A DNA stretch of 64,000 nucleotides from Deferribacterales bacterium (lineage in GTDB: Bacteria > Chrysiogenota > Deferribacteres > Deferribacterales > Geovibrionaceae), in assembly GCA_050251945.1 (NCBI GenBank), contig JBFWLW010000009.1, positions 1 through 64,000 on the forward strand. Direction: 5' to 3'. The notes beneath the pieces are model-generated. The model was given only the letters and a program-made list of their open reading frames with translations. It made no database searches and was not told where the DNA came from. How positions within the stretch are numbered: the stretch's first letter is position 1; the number at the start of each line of letters is the position of its first letter. A program made the position numbers and the translations under genes. Positions 28,856 through 38,991 of this stretch are shown here, one piece after another.

Positions 28856-29737
28856 ATGTACGATTACAAACTTCTGGAAGCCTTCTGCGCTGTTGTTGAA
28901 CATGGTGGATTTGAAAAGGCGGCGGAAAAACTTTTTATAACACAGTCGGCAGTTTCCCAGCGGGTGCGCCAGCTTGAGGATGCGGCGAAATCCGTTCTTC
29001 TTGTGCGCTCCAGCCCGCCAATGCCCACGGACACAGGCAAGGCGTTCATGGCGCATTTCAATAAAGTGCGTTCTCTTGAGGACGAGCTTGAAAAAGCGCT
29101 CAGCCACGACGAGGACTGCGGTTTTACAAGCATATGCATAGGTCTGAACGCGGACACCCTCGCCACATGGTTCTTTGATGCCATCGAAGAAACGGTGAAA
29201 CGTGAAAGGATACTTTTAAAACTTCGGGTGGACGATCAGGAAGTCACCCATTCAATGCTGAAAAACGGCGAAGCGGCAGGCTGTATCAGCACCAGAAGCA
29301 CGCCCATGCAGGGATGCAGCGTACATTACCTCGGCAAAACAACCTACAGAATGTACGTCTCCCCCGAAAAACATAAAGAGTGGTTCCCCGAAGGTTTCAC
29401 AGAGAAAGCTTTGCAGAGCGTGCCTGTAATCATATACAACGAACGGGACACACTGCATACCCAGATGTTCCGAAATGCGCTCGGCAAAGATAGTGTCGCC
29501 CATCCAGAACTTTTCATCCCGTCCGTCGAAAAATATCTGGATGCTGTCGTACGCGGGTTCGGTATCGGCATGATGCCCGATCAGCAGTGCAAAGCATATC
29601 TCGAACAGGGAATGATAGCCGATGCGGCGGCTCCTCACACGGTTGAGGCGCATCTTTACTGGCACAGATGGAACATAGATTCAAAGCCTCTGGATGCACT
29701 TACAAAAGCTCTGATTCGCTATTGTAAAGATGCATAA
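28856..29737 (+). CDS. argP: ArgP/LysG-family LysR regulator
   Basis: ITQSAVSQRVRQLE HTH, NADTLATWF, LYWHRW. Confidence 0.9.
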   Translation: MYDYKLLEAFCAVVEHGGFEKAAEKLFITQSAVSQRVRQLEDAAKSVLLVRSSPPMPTDTGKAFMAHFNKVRSLEDELEKALSHDEDCGFTSICIGLNADTLATWFFDAIEETVKRERILLKLRVDDQEVTHSMLKNGEAAGCISTRSTPMQGCSVHYLGKTTYRMYVSPEKHKEWFPEGFTEKALQSVPVIIYNERDTLHTQMFRNALGKDSVAHPELFIPSVEKYLDAVVRGFGIGMMPDQQCKAYLEQGMIADAAAPHTVEAHLYWHRWNIDSKPLDALTKALIRYCKDA

Positions 29738-29779
29738 TGTGATATATTCTGAAAATTATTTGTTTGTTTGGAGGCATCT

Positions 29780-30802
29780 ATGAACGTTCATGACATAATC
29801 AGAAAAGTACGCGACAGAGAAGCGTTTACACACACCGAAGTGGTTTCAATGCTTGAAACAGACCCCAAATCCAGAGAGGCACACCTGCTTATGGGTGAAG
29901 GCGCCGAAATCTCCCGCAAACTGACAGGCAACACCGCCGAGGTACACGGACAGTTCGCACTTAATCTTGCACCCTGTCCCGTAAACTGCCGGTTCTGCGC
30001 GTTCGCCGCAAAATACGGCATTTTTAAAGAACCCAAGGAACTCACAGTTCAGGAATCCATAGACTATGCAAAAGGCTTTGACAACGCACCCGAAAACGCC
30101 GCGGTATTCCTTATGACCACTGCGAATTACGATTTCGGAAAATTCATAGAGATATCGCAGGAGATCAGAAAGATACTCCGTCCCGAAACACTTATGATAG
30201 CCAACGTAGGCGACATGTCGCCCGAACAGGCGGTTAAGATGAAAAATGCAGGGTTTAACGGCACATACCACGCAATCCGCATGGGCGAAGGTGAAAAAAC
30301 CAACGCTCCGGTGAAACAAAGGTTGAAATCCATACGCGCGTTTCAGGATGCCGGACTCATCGTAGGAACCTGCGTGGAACCCATCGGACCTGAACACACA
30401 AACGACGAAATAGCTGAAAAGATACTCCTTGCGGCATCATTCGACCCCGCTTTCAGCGGTGCCATGCGCAGGATAACCATCCCCGGATCCGACCTTGAAC
30501 AATACGGAATGATATCCGAACTGCGTCTGGCGCAAATTGTTGCGGTCACACGCATTGCCACCCCCATGAACGTTCTGGGCAACTGCACCCACGAGCCGAA
30601 CGTTCTCGGTGCATCATCCGGTGCAAACCTTTTCTGGGCGGAGGTCGGCGCAAACCCGAGAGACACTAACGAAAAAACGGAAGACAACAGAGGGATGTCC
30701 GTTGCAGACTGCTCCAAACTCTTTACGGAGGCAGACTGGCAGGTTGGCAAACGTCCTTCAGCATACTATAATAAAAATCACAGCATTTTTGCAGAGGTAT
30801 AA
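29780..30802 (+). CDS. radical SAM protein of the BioB/PylB/HydE-like group, function unknown
   Basis: CPVNCRFC (CxxxCxxC); SD GGAGG upstream of ATG 29780. Confidence 0.85.
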   Translation: MNVHDIIRKVRDREAFTHTEVVSMLETDPKSREAHLLMGEGAEISRKLTGNTAEVHGQFALNLAPCPVNCRFCAFAAKYGIFKEPKELTVQESIDYAKGFDNAPENAAVFLMTTANYDFGKFIEISQEIRKILRPETLMIANVGDMSPEQAVKMKNAGFNGTYHAIRMGEGEKTNAPVKQRLKSIRAFQDAGLIVGTCVEPIGPEHTNDEIAEKILLAASFDPAFSGAMRRITIPGSDLEQYGMISELRLAQIVAVTRIATPMNVLGNCTHEPNVLGASSGANLFWAEVGANPRDTNEKTEDNRGMSVADCSKLFTEADWQVGKRPSAYYNKNHSIFAEV

Positions 30803-30805
30803 AAC

Positions 30806-31432
30806 ATGCTCGACAGCACACAGATCATCCTTTTCTGTTCAACATCGCTCCTGCTTGCAATCACCCCGGGACCGGATATCATTTATGTCATAACCCGCGG
30901 CATAACACAGGGGCACAAAAGCGGCATGGCGGCGGCGGCTGGGTTTTCGCTCGGCAACATAGCACACACCACCTTTGCCATTGTGGGTCTGTCGGCGATA
31001 ATCCGTTCCAGTGCGCTGGCGTTCACCGCCATAAAGTTTGCAGGTGCCGTTTACCTTATCTACATCGGCTGGAAAACCTTCACCAGCAAGGGCGGCGCAT
31101 CTGCGGAAAAAGACACTAAGATATTAAGCCCGAAGGCTGTTTTCGTACAGAGCATCACTGCAAATATCTTAAACCCGAAGGTGGCGCTGTTTTTCATAGC
31201 TTTCTTCCCGCAGTTCGTAAAGCCGCAGAACGGACACCCCGCCATTCAGATGGCGCTTCTTGGGCTGCTGTTCATCATATGCACCTTCATAGTGTTTTCT
31301 GCCTGCGCTCTTTTCAGCGGACAGATAGGCGAAAAGCTCAAACACTCTAGAGGCGCGGGTTATCTCAACAAAGCGGCGGGTGCCGTACTGATGGGACTGG
31401 GCGTTGCGCTGGCTTTTTCAAAAAGATCATAA
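30806..31432 (+). CDS. LysE/RhtB-family translocator
   Basis: ITPGPD, NILNPKVALFF. Confidence 0.9.
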   Translation: MLDSTQIILFCSTSLLLAITPGPDIIYVITRGITQGHKSGMAAAAGFSLGNIAHTTFAIVGLSAIIRSSALAFTAIKFAGAVYLIYIGWKTFTSKGGASAEKDTKILSPKAVFVQSITANILNPKVALFFIAFFPQFVKPQNGHPAIQMALLGLLFIICTFIVFSACALFSGQIGEKLKHSRGAGYLNKAAGAVLMGLGVALAFSKRS

Positions 31433-31476
31433 AAACTTGATGTAATTTTTATTACAAAACTGTATAATCCTTTCCG

Positions 31477-32157
31477 ATGAATACGAATTATCAGGCATTC
31501 AAACTCGGAATCAAAGAGGGATTACCCGTCGCCGTGGGCGTTGCGGCATACGGCGTCGTATACGGCATGCTCACACAGGGTGTTCTGACCACATGGGAAA
31601 CCGTCATGTCCTGCATGGTGGTCTTTGCCGGCGTATCGCAGATCATGGCGCTTGAAATGTGGAATTCCCCGCTGCCTGTTTTCGCAATCATCCTCTCAAC
31701 CTTCATAGTGAATATCCGCCACATACTCATGGGCGCATCAATATATCCATATGCCGAAAAAGAGAAAAAATGGGTGAGCTACATCAGTCTGTTCTTTATG
31801 GTGGACGAGGGCTGGGCGCTGACCATGGGCAAAATGGCACGCACTGCCGAACGCATAGGCTATCTTGCGGGAACGGGATTCATCCTCTATTTTCTCTGGC
31901 TTGCCTCCGCCATGCTAGGCAGACAGGCTGGCGCGTATATACCCTCTCCCGAAAAACTGGGGATAGACTTCGCTCTGTCGGCTGTGTTCATAACAATGGC
32001 AGTGTCGGGCTTCCGCGGCAGAAAGGACATACCTGTCATAGTGGTCGCCGTCATCGTTTCATGCCTCTTTGAGCATTATGTGGGCGGCAAATGGTACATA
32101 CTGGCGGGCGGCATAGCAGGCGGAATAACAGCATGGATAAGCTATGGACAAGACTAG
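31477..32157 (+). CDS. azlC: AzlC-family branched-chain amino acid exporter subunit
   Basis: VFAGVSQ, VNIRHILMG, VDEGWA, GIDFAL. Confidence 0.88.
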   Translation: MNTNYQAFKLGIKEGLPVAVGVAAYGVVYGMLTQGVLTTWETVMSCMVVFAGVSQIMALEMWNSPLPVFAIILSTFIVNIRHILMGASIYPYAEKEKKWVSYISLFFMVDEGWALTMGKMARTAERIGYLAGTGFILYFLWLASAMLGRQAGAYIPSPEKLGIDFALSAVFITMAVSGFRGRKDIPVIVVAVIVSCLFEHYVGGKWYILAGGIAGGITAWISYGQD

Positions 32158-32440
32158 TTTTCTGACCATCCTCGGAATGGGGATAGCGACATACATCACG
32201 CGTGTTCTCGGGTTCTACATAGCGGGCAAAGTGAAGCTTACTCCAAGATTCCGCTACGCACTGCAGAGCATACCGATAGCAATTCTGGTCTCCATTATTG
32301 CTCCGACGATAATAAAAGGTACAATTGCTGAGATACTTTCGGCGATGGTGGTGGTCGGTACGGCGATTACGGGACGCGGACTTCTTTTCTGTCTCGCTGT
32401 GGGTATTCTCGCCATCAACTTCTTTCGATATGTTTTTTAG
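32144..32440 (+). CDS. azlD: AzlD-family exporter subunit
   Basis: ILGMGIATYITR; overlaps azlC. Confidence 0.82.
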   Translation: MDKTSFLTILGMGIATYITRVLGFYIAGKVKLTPRFRYALQSIPIAILVSIIAPTIIKGTIAEILSAMVVVGTAITGRGLLFCLAVGILAINFFRYVF

Positions 32441-32463
32441 ATTATTTTCAAAACAGGAATCAT

Positions 32464-32574
32464 GTCTCTGCGAGGAACACCAGTCGAAGGCTGGGTAAAG
32501 TGACGAAGCAGTCTGAACCGTATATTTATGCCATGTATGGCAGATCGCGTCGTCCTTACAGTCCTCGCGAAGAC
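32464..32574. repeat. REP-like doublet between convergent genes
   Basis: GTCTCTGCGAGG...CGAAGCAGTCT (32464-32514) and the inverted unit AGATCGCGTCG...CCTCGCGAAGAC (32542-32574). Confidence 0.75.
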
Positions 32575-32595
32575 AGCACATATAGGCAAAATCTT

Positions 32596-33417
32596 TTAAA
32601 ACGGCAGTGTTTCCAGCAGTTTTCCTATCTTTTCAACGGATTTTTTTACTTTCGCATCTGTCATAAGGTCGCGTTTATCTTTCAAAATCTCCGACAATTC
32701 CTTACCCAGAGTGTTGCGCAGACTTTTACCCGCCTCGGAAACTGATTGAGGCAGAGCGTTCTTTGCCGAAAGCAGACGCATGGTGTCAGCCACGGCAGTC
32801 ATTTCCGGAATAAGCTTTTTTACAGCATCCACAAAAAGCTCGTTCGCATTTACGAATTTGCGCACTGTTTCAGCCTTTTCAAGAGCCGACGCGTAGCGCT
32901 TTGCGAGCGAATCGAATTCTGTCAGCACAGCCTCTAGCTTTGCCACCTGCTCTTCTGACGCCTCTGACGTTTCAGCGTTCAGCTTTTCCGCCATGGCGTT
33001 CACAGAGCCGGCAAAGGACTTTGCAACTTCATCAAAATTTCCGTCCTGCTCCATAGCGCCCATGAAGAGCGGATTCTCCGTAAGCACCTGATAAAGTTCC
33101 TGCTCGGCTTTTTTAAACTCAGCGTCGGTGAAGAACATGGCTGTTTTTGAGTAAATATTCGATATCCTCTTTCCGAAGCAGTCGCCTGTTTTCTCCGCCA
33201 TATCGCACAGTTCTGCGCTTGCCGTGCCAAGTGTCATAAGCTCCGCGTATTTCTCACTGACAGCTTCTAGGTCTTTGTACTGCGCCTTGACCTCCTGCGC
33301 ACAAGCCTTCATAGCAGAGATGAATTCCTGTTTTTCCCTCGCCGCCTCCATTGCCGCGGCATACTTTTCCGCAGTCTCATGGTGACGCTTCATAACTTCG
33401 GTAACATTCGCGCTCAT
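32596..33417 (-). CDS. hypothetical alpha-helical protein with internal duplication
   Basis: SD GGAGG upstream; halves share AEKYAAAMEAA and AKRYASALEKA. Confidence 0.75.
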   Translation of the reverse strand: MSANVTEVMKRHHETAEKYAAAMEAAREKQEFISAMKACAQEVKAQYKDLEAVSEKYAELMTLGTASAELCDMAEKTGDCFGKRISNIYSKTAMFFTDAEFKKAEQELYQVLTENPLFMGAMEQDGNFDEVAKSFAGSVNAMAEKLNAETSEASEEQVAKLEAVLTEFDSLAKRYASALEKAETVRKFVNANELFVDAVKKLIPEMTAVADTMRLLSAKNALPQSVSEAGKSLRNTLGKELSEILKDKRDLMTDAKVKKSVEKIGKLLETLPF

Positions 33418-33477
33418 AACGCACCTCCGCTGTTTCAGAAAAAAGATGATAACGTGTTATGCTTTATACTGCAAGGG

Positions 33478-34314
33478 TTAATGAATCATAACGCTGTCGC
33501 CTATCAGAAGCAGGAAGAACAGAACAGCCGACAGGTTCAGGGAATTGAATCGAAACATAGGTTTTTTTGCATAGCCGAAGATAAAAAAGATGGCAGGTAT
33601 CACAGCGGCAATATTGAGCGCGGCGGCAAATCTGGTGTTGTACACTTCCGAAAAAGAGATGAAAAGAAGTGCCGTAAGGTACCCGACAGCCCAGACCAGA
33701 ACAAAAAGCCTGCTCTTGTCCGCTCCGTATGAAAACGTCAGTGTCTTAAATCCTGCGCGCCTGTAGTCGTCAGCATAAATATCAGCCAGCACGGCAAAAT
33801 GAGGCGTCTGCCAGAGGTAAAGCACAGCTGTCACAAGCAGTATCTCTCTGTCAAACGGATTTCCGCCCGCCATGCAGTAACCAAGCATGGGCGGCATAGC
33901 GCCTGTCAGCGCACCCAGCATAACGGAAAAAGGCGATACCCTTTTAAATGGCGTATAGATAAAATTATAGCCTATAACAACCGCCAGACTGATTACCAGC
34001 GCGGCGGCGCTTCCGCTTAAAACGACAAAGCAGAACCCAATAAGTATCAGCACAACGGCAAGCATCAGCGCCTCTTTGGGCATTATGAAGCCGCTGGGAA
34101 GCGGGCGTTTCATGGTGCGCGTCATCATCCCGTCCATCTCCCGCTCCTGATACTGGTTCAGTGCCGAACAGCCGAACGAAAGAAAACATGCCGCACATAC
34201 CGCAAGAAGATGTGCCATGCCGATATGGTGAAAAGAAAGGCAGGCCCCCGCAAAAGCGGAAAGGCCTACCATTGATGATAATCTTACTCTTACAAGATGC
34301 TTTATGCTTCGCAT
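33478..34314 (-). CDS. cyoE: protoheme IX farnesyltransferase (heme o synthase)
   Basis: NQYQEREMDGMMTRTMKRPLPSG, WQTPHF, DDYRRAG. Confidence 0.9.
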   Translation of the reverse strand: MRSIKHLVRVRLSSMVGLSAFAGACLSFHHIGMAHLLAVCAACFLSFGCSALNQYQEREMDGMMTRTMKRPLPSGFIMPKEALMLAVVLILIGFCFVVLSGSAAALVISLAVVIGYNFIYTPFKRVSPFSVMLGALTGAMPPMLGYCMAGGNPFDREILLVTAVLYLWQTPHFAVLADIYADDYRRAGFKTLTFSYGADKSRLFVLVWAVGYLTALLFISFSEVYNTRFAAALNIAAVIPAIFFIFGYAKKPMFRFNSLNLSAVLFFLLLIGDSVMIH

Positions 34315-35532
34315 CTATTTCAGCGTGCTGATGTACTCTATCAGCGCTTTGATATCGTCGTCGCTGAGGTTTTCGTATTCGGGCATTGAAGGCTCGAAAC
34401 CGTCAACGATATATTCCGACGGATGTTTGATGGAGCTTATTATATACTCCACGTTTGCCGTGACCTCCATCTTTTTGCCGTCTTTCTGTACAGTTGTCTT
34501 TCTGTCCATCAGACCTTTAAAGCTTGGTCCGACCATCTCGCTTCCGTCAACAGAGTGGCATCCGGTACAGCCTTCGCGTTCGGCAACCTCTGCGCCATTT
34601 GCTCCCAGCTTAACCGCCGGTTTGCCGCCGCCCTTGAAGTATTCAAGCATTTTGGCAAGTTCCTCTTTGGTCACGCTGTCTTTGAACGGAGGCATCATGT
34701 CTTCATAGCCTTTTACGATATCCGCGCCGGGCTCAATTATGGACTTTTCGAGATAAGCGTCATCGGCTTTAACTGTCTTCTCTTTGCCGTTTTCGATAAC
34801 AACCGTATCGCGTCCGTATATGTCTTTAAAGCTGGGTCCCACAAGCTCTGTTCCGTCTGTTGTGTGGCAGTCGAAGCAGCCGTGTTTCTTCATCGCCTCT
34901 TCGCCTTCGTTCGGCGCTTCCGCAGCGGATGAAGAGGCGTTCAGCCATTTCTCAAACTCATCTTTAGGCACGACAACGACTTTTGAAAGCATGTAAGAGT
35001 GACGCACGCCGCAGTATTCGGCACACTGTATCTCATATTCTGCCGGTTCGCCGCTGTTAAACCATACATACGTGTGCATGCCGGGAACCGTATCCATCTT
35101 CACGCGAAACGCTGCCACATAAAAGCTGTGGATAACGTCTACCGACGTCAGGTCAACCTTTACGGGCGTGTCCGCAGGCACATACAGCTTGTCGCTTGTC
35201 TTTCCGTTAGGATACTCAAACTTCCATGACCACATGCGGGCTGTGCACTTCACTTCATAACTGTCGGCGGGCGCTTCACGAAGAGCCTTGTAGCCTACCC
35301 AGCCGTACCAGAACATTGCGCCGACTATTATGCACGGCACGATGGTCCAGATAAGTTCCGCAACTAAATTGCCCTCTATCTGCGAAGGTTCAGGATTCCT
35401 TTTTCTGCTGTACCTGTAAAGGAAATACAGCGTCACCGCCGTTATCAGAAACAGGATGACAAAGGATACCCCGAATATAAATTTAAATGCCGTGTCAACT
35501 TTGCTTACGGCATCAACCAGTGTCGTATCCAT
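34315..35532 (-). CDS. coxB: cytochrome c oxidase subunit II with two fused c-type heme domains
   Basis: DVIHSF and CAEYCGVRHSYM CuA ligands; CFDCH and CTGCH heme motifs. Confidence 0.93.
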   Translation of the reverse strand: MDTTLVDAVSKVDTAFKFIFGVSFVILFLITAVTLYFLYRYSRKRNPEPSQIEGNLVAELIWTIVPCIIVGAMFWYGWVGYKALREAPADSYEVKCTARMWSWKFEYPNGKTSDKLYVPADTPVKVDLTSVDVIHSFYVAAFRVKMDTVPGMHTYVWFNSGEPAEYEIQCAEYCGVRHSYMLSKVVVVPKDEFEKWLNASSSAAEAPNEGEEAMKKHGCFDCHTTDGTELVGPSFKDIYGRDTVVIENGKEKTVKADDAYLEKSIIEPGADIVKGYEDMMPPFKDSVTKEELAKMLEYFKGGGKPAVKLGANGAEVAEREGCTGCHSVDGSEMVGPSFKGLMDRKTTVQKDGKKMEVTANVEYIISSIKHPSEYIVDGFEPSMPEYENLSDDDIKALIEYISTLK

Positions 35533-35533
35533 C

Positions 35534-35833
35534 TCAGCCTCCCCTGTATGCCAGATCGAAGAACGTCATGCCTATAAAGATGGCAAGAAGCAGGAAACAC
35601 AGGAAAACTATCATCTGCATAAACCTGCTCTCATACTTCATGTGCATGAAGAACAATATGACCAGCAGAGCCTTTGTAACAGCCAGCGTAAGCGCCGCCG
35701 CAACGTTTAAAAAGCCAAGGTCGATGCGCGACACAGCAACTGTTGTCGCCGTCAGCAGAAGCAGCAGAACAAGGATTATTCCCGATGTCTTTATGCTGAG
35801 TATATGATGTTGATGTTCATGATTTTCGCTCAT
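35534..35833 (-). CDS. coxD: cytochrome c oxidase subunit IV
   Basis: KALLVILFFMHMKYE. Confidence 0.88.
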   Translation of the reverse strand: MSENHEHQHHILSIKTSGIILVLLLLLTATTVAVSRIDLGFLNVAAALTLAVTKALLVILFFMHMKYESRFMQMIVFLCFLLLAIFIGMTFFDLAYRGG

Positions 35834-35841
35834 AACAGACC

Positions 35842-36441
35842 TCACAACACAAGATAGAACAGGGGAAACAGGAATATCCAGATAAGGTCAACTATGTGCC
35901 AGTAAAGACCTGCATTTTCCAGTTTCACAAAATCCTGTTGATTGATAATGTCCTTCTTCATGAACCACACCATGACCGAAAGCAGGATAGCTCCGATAAT
36001 GACGTGAACGGCGTGAAGCCCCGTCATGAGGAAATACAGCCCGAAGAAGATGTTCTCCCCGTTGGACATCTCGCGAAGGTGCGGCGAGTCCGGCCAGATA
36101 CCGTGGTGGAATTTGGCGCGCCACTCTATCGTCTTGTTTATGACAAATATGCCCGCACAGGCTATCGTCAGATATGTAAAGTTAACGGCAAGTTTCTTTT
36201 TTCCCTGCTGGATAAAAGTTATCGCCGCCGCTATGGCAAAGCTGGAGAACAGCAGCACCACAGTGTTAAGTGTTCCGATGAACACGTCCAGCTGTTTTCC
36301 GCCCACATGGAAATCCGCCCTGTATTCGTGCAGGTATGCGGCATAAAGCACGAACATACCGCCAAAAAGCAGAACTTCCGTAAACAGAAACAGCCACATG
36401 CCGAGCTTTGCGCCGGCGTAATCCTTATGTGTATTACTCAT
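35842..36441 (-). CDS. coxC: cytochrome c oxidase subunit III
   Basis: GMWLFLFTE, TGLHAVHV, YWHIVDLIW. Confidence 0.92.
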   Translation of the reverse strand: MSNTHKDYAGAKLGMWLFLFTEVLLFGGMFVLYAAYLHEYRADFHVGGKQLDVFIGTLNTVVLLFSSFAIAAAITFIQQGKKKLAVNFTYLTIACAGIFVINKTIEWRAKFHHGIWPDSPHLREMSNGENIFFGLYFLMTGLHAVHVIIGAILLSVMVWFMKKDIINQQDFVKLENAGLYWHIVDLIWIFLFPLFYLVL

Positions 36442-38050
36442 CAGGCGTTATCCCCCTGAAATCGTATGGTTTGCGGGAAGTGTCGGGTTCTTCGTCAAAG
36501 TTCAGAAGAGGCGGAGGCGTGGGGGTAGCCCATTCCAGTGTGGCGGCACCCCAAGGGTTGCGTCCGACCTTTTCTCCCTTGGTAAAGCCTCTCCAGAGGT
36601 TGACAAGCATTATAATTATGCCCACGGCAAGAATCCATGATCCCACGGTGGAGATAACATGTCCTTCCTGATATTGCGGCAGGTAGTCGTAGTAACGTCT
36701 GGGCATACCTTCAAGCCCGATGATGAACAGCGGGAAATAAAGGACATTAAAGCCCACGAACAGAATATAAAAAGCTATTTTTGCAATTGTTTTGTTGTAC
36801 ATTCTGCCGTAATACTTCGGAAGCCAAAAGTGAGCCGCGGCAAACATACCGAATCCGGTGCCGCCGAAGATAACGTAGTGGAAGTGGCTCACAACAAAAT
36901 AGGTATCGTGAACGTGTACGTCCGTTCCGGCAGAACCGAGGATAAGCCCCGTAAGACCGCCGACGGAAAACAGAAAAATGAATCCCAGCGCATAAAGCAG
37001 CGGGGGTTCAACGGATATGGAGCCTTTGTAAAGGGTCGCCGTCCAGTTGAACACTTTTATAGCCGACGGAATAGCGACCACGAATGTCAGAAGCGAGAAG
37101 ATAAGAACCGCCGTATCGCTCATACCCGATGTGAACATATGGTGCGCCCAGACCAGCGAACCTGCAAAAGCTATCATAAGGCTGGAAAAGGCTATCGCTT
37201 TATACCCGAAGACAGGCTTGCGGGCAAAAACAGGGATAATATCGGAAACAACGCCCATCGCGGGAAGTATCATGATGTACACCGCAGGGTGAGAGTATAT
37301 CCAGAAAAGGTGCTGGTAAAGGATCGGGTCGCCGCCCTTGTTCGGGTCAAAAAGCCCGACACCCAAAACTCTTTCGGCAAAAATCAGAAGCACCGTAATA
37401 CCAAGCACAGGGGTCGCCAGAACCTGAATCCAGCCTGTGGCATATAGCGACCATGTGAAGAGCGGAATCTTCGTCCATGTCATGCCCGGTGCACGGAGCC
37501 TGTGGATGGTAGTGATAAAGTTAAGTCCTGTAAGTATTGATGAAAAGCCGAGGATAAACACCGCTATGACGGCAACGGACACGTTTGTTGTGGTGAACTC
37601 CGAAAACGGGACATAGAACGTCCAGCCTGTGTCCGGTGCGCCGCCGCCTGTGAAAAGGGATACTAGAGCAAGTACGGTTCCGCCGGCATAAAGGTACCAT
37701 GAAAACAGGTTAAGCCGCGGGAAAGCCACGTCTTCCGCCCCAAGCTGTATGGGCAGCACAAGGTTGCCTATGGCGGCTGGTATGCTGGGGATCACCACGA
37801 TAAATATCATTATCACCCCGTGGAGGGTGAAAACGGTGTTGTACGTCTGAGCATCCATTATTGTTCTGCCCGGCGCAATAAGCTCAAGTCTGATCGCAAG
37901 TCCGAGGCACAGTCCGGCAATGAACATCGCCAGAATGATATACATATACATAAGCCCGATGCGCTTATGGTCGGTGGTGGTCAGCCATGCCATAATACCC
38001 GTACGGCTGCTTCCCGAGTCCTCCCAGAACGAAAGAGAGTTATTGCTCAT
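36434..38050 (-). CDS. coxA: cytochrome c oxidase subunit I (A2 type)
   Basis: TTDHKRIG, YSHPAVY, WAHHM, HFHYV, GMPRRY. Likely start ATG 38050. Confidence 0.95.
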   Translation of the reverse strand: MSNNSLSFWEDSGSSRTGIMAWLTTTDHKRIGLMYMYIILAMFIAGLCLGLAIRLELIAPGRTIMDAQTYNTVFTLHGVIMIFIVVIPSIPAAIGNLVLPIQLGAEDVAFPRLNLFSWYLYAGGTVLALVSLFTGGGAPDTGWTFYVPFSEFTTTNVSVAVIAVFILGFSSILTGLNFITTIHRLRAPGMTWTKIPLFTWSLYATGWIQVLATPVLGITVLLIFAERVLGVGLFDPNKGGDPILYQHLFWIYSHPAVYIMILPAMGVVSDIIPVFARKPVFGYKAIAFSSLMIAFAGSLVWAHHMFTSGMSDTAVLIFSLLTFVVAIPSAIKVFNWTATLYKGSISVEPPLLYALGFIFLFSVGGLTGLILGSAGTDVHVHDTYFVVSHFHYVIFGGTGFGMFAAAHFWLPKYYGRMYNKTIAKIAFYILFVGFNVLYFPLFIIGLEGMPRRYYDYLPQYQEGHVISTVGSWILAVGIIIMLVNLWRGFTKGEKVGRNPWGAATLEWATPTPPPLLNFDEEPDTSRKPYDFRGITPDE

Positions 38051-38987
38051 GCGAACCTCGTTTTTTTCTCTTTTTTCCGCCAAAAAACAGATATGAAGCA
38101 AAAACGGCTATCACCAGAAGAACGATGATGCCTGAAACCTTCATAACATCAAAAACGTATTTTTTCCCCTGCGGGTCGTAGCTGAAACAGTATGCAACCA
38201 GCTTTTTAACGGAAAGCCCCGGGGTTTCCTTCTCCGCCTCAACAACCGACATGGTCATCTCAAAAGGAAGAATGTCCGTTCCGTATAAATATCTGACTAT
38301 CTTTCCGCTCCGGGATACCGCCATGACAGAAACAGGGTGAAGAAAATCCCTGTCCTTTCTCTGGAACCTGAAACCGAGAGCGTCCATAAGTTTGTCTATA
38401 TTCTCTTTGGAACCCGTCAGAAATATCCAGCCGTTATCGGGAATGGCGCCGTTTGCCGCCTTCATATAATTGACCTTCTTTTCCGCCGCTGTTTTCGGAG
38501 TATCAAATTCGTCGAAGCTTACGGAGACAACCTGAAAGGTCTCCCCAATCTTCATCTTCATCTGCGGGATAATATCGGCGAGCCTCGACTGGAGAAAATT
38601 GCACACGTTCGGGCAACTGTAGTAAACAGGTGCGAACAGAGTGGGCTTATCCACGATCTCTTTCAGCGTGACGGTGCGCCCGTCGGACGTCTGAAACTCA
38701 AGGTCAAGCGGTATTATCGAACCGAGATGCTCCGTTACACCGACGTTCGACTGCTCCTGCTTTGCGGGTTCCTTGTGAACATGCTCATGTTCTTTCGCCA
38801 TGTCGTCATGATCCATGTTCTGCATGTCGCCATGGTCGTTATTATCCTGTGCGGACATATCTTCATGCTGCATATGTTCGGCAGGGGCGTCACCATCCGC
38901 CGCAAAAGCGGAACGGAGAGTGAACGAACCCGCCAGACATAATACTGTCAGAAAAATACCCGCAAACTTTAATGTTTGCTTTATCAT
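38040..38987 (-). CDS. SCO-family copper chaperone
   Basis: CPNVC (CxxxC); His/Met-rich N-terminal region; C-terminal TM. Confidence 0.9.
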   Translation of the reverse strand: MIKQTLKFAGIFLTVLCLAGSFTLRSAFAADGDAPAEHMQHEDMSAQDNNDHGDMQNMDHDDMAKEHEHVHKEPAKQEQSNVGVTEHLGSIIPLDLEFQTSDGRTVTLKEIVDKPTLFAPVYYSCPNVCNFLQSRLADIIPQMKMKIGETFQVVSVSFDEFDTPKTAAEKKVNYMKAANGAIPDNGWIFLTGSKENIDKLMDALGFRFQRKDRDFLHPVSVMAVSRSGKIVRYLYGTDILPFEMTMSVVEAEKETPGLSVKKLVAYCFSYDPQGKKYVFDVMKVSGIIVLLVIAVFASYLFFGGKKRKKRGSHEQ

Positions 38988-38991
38988 AGGC

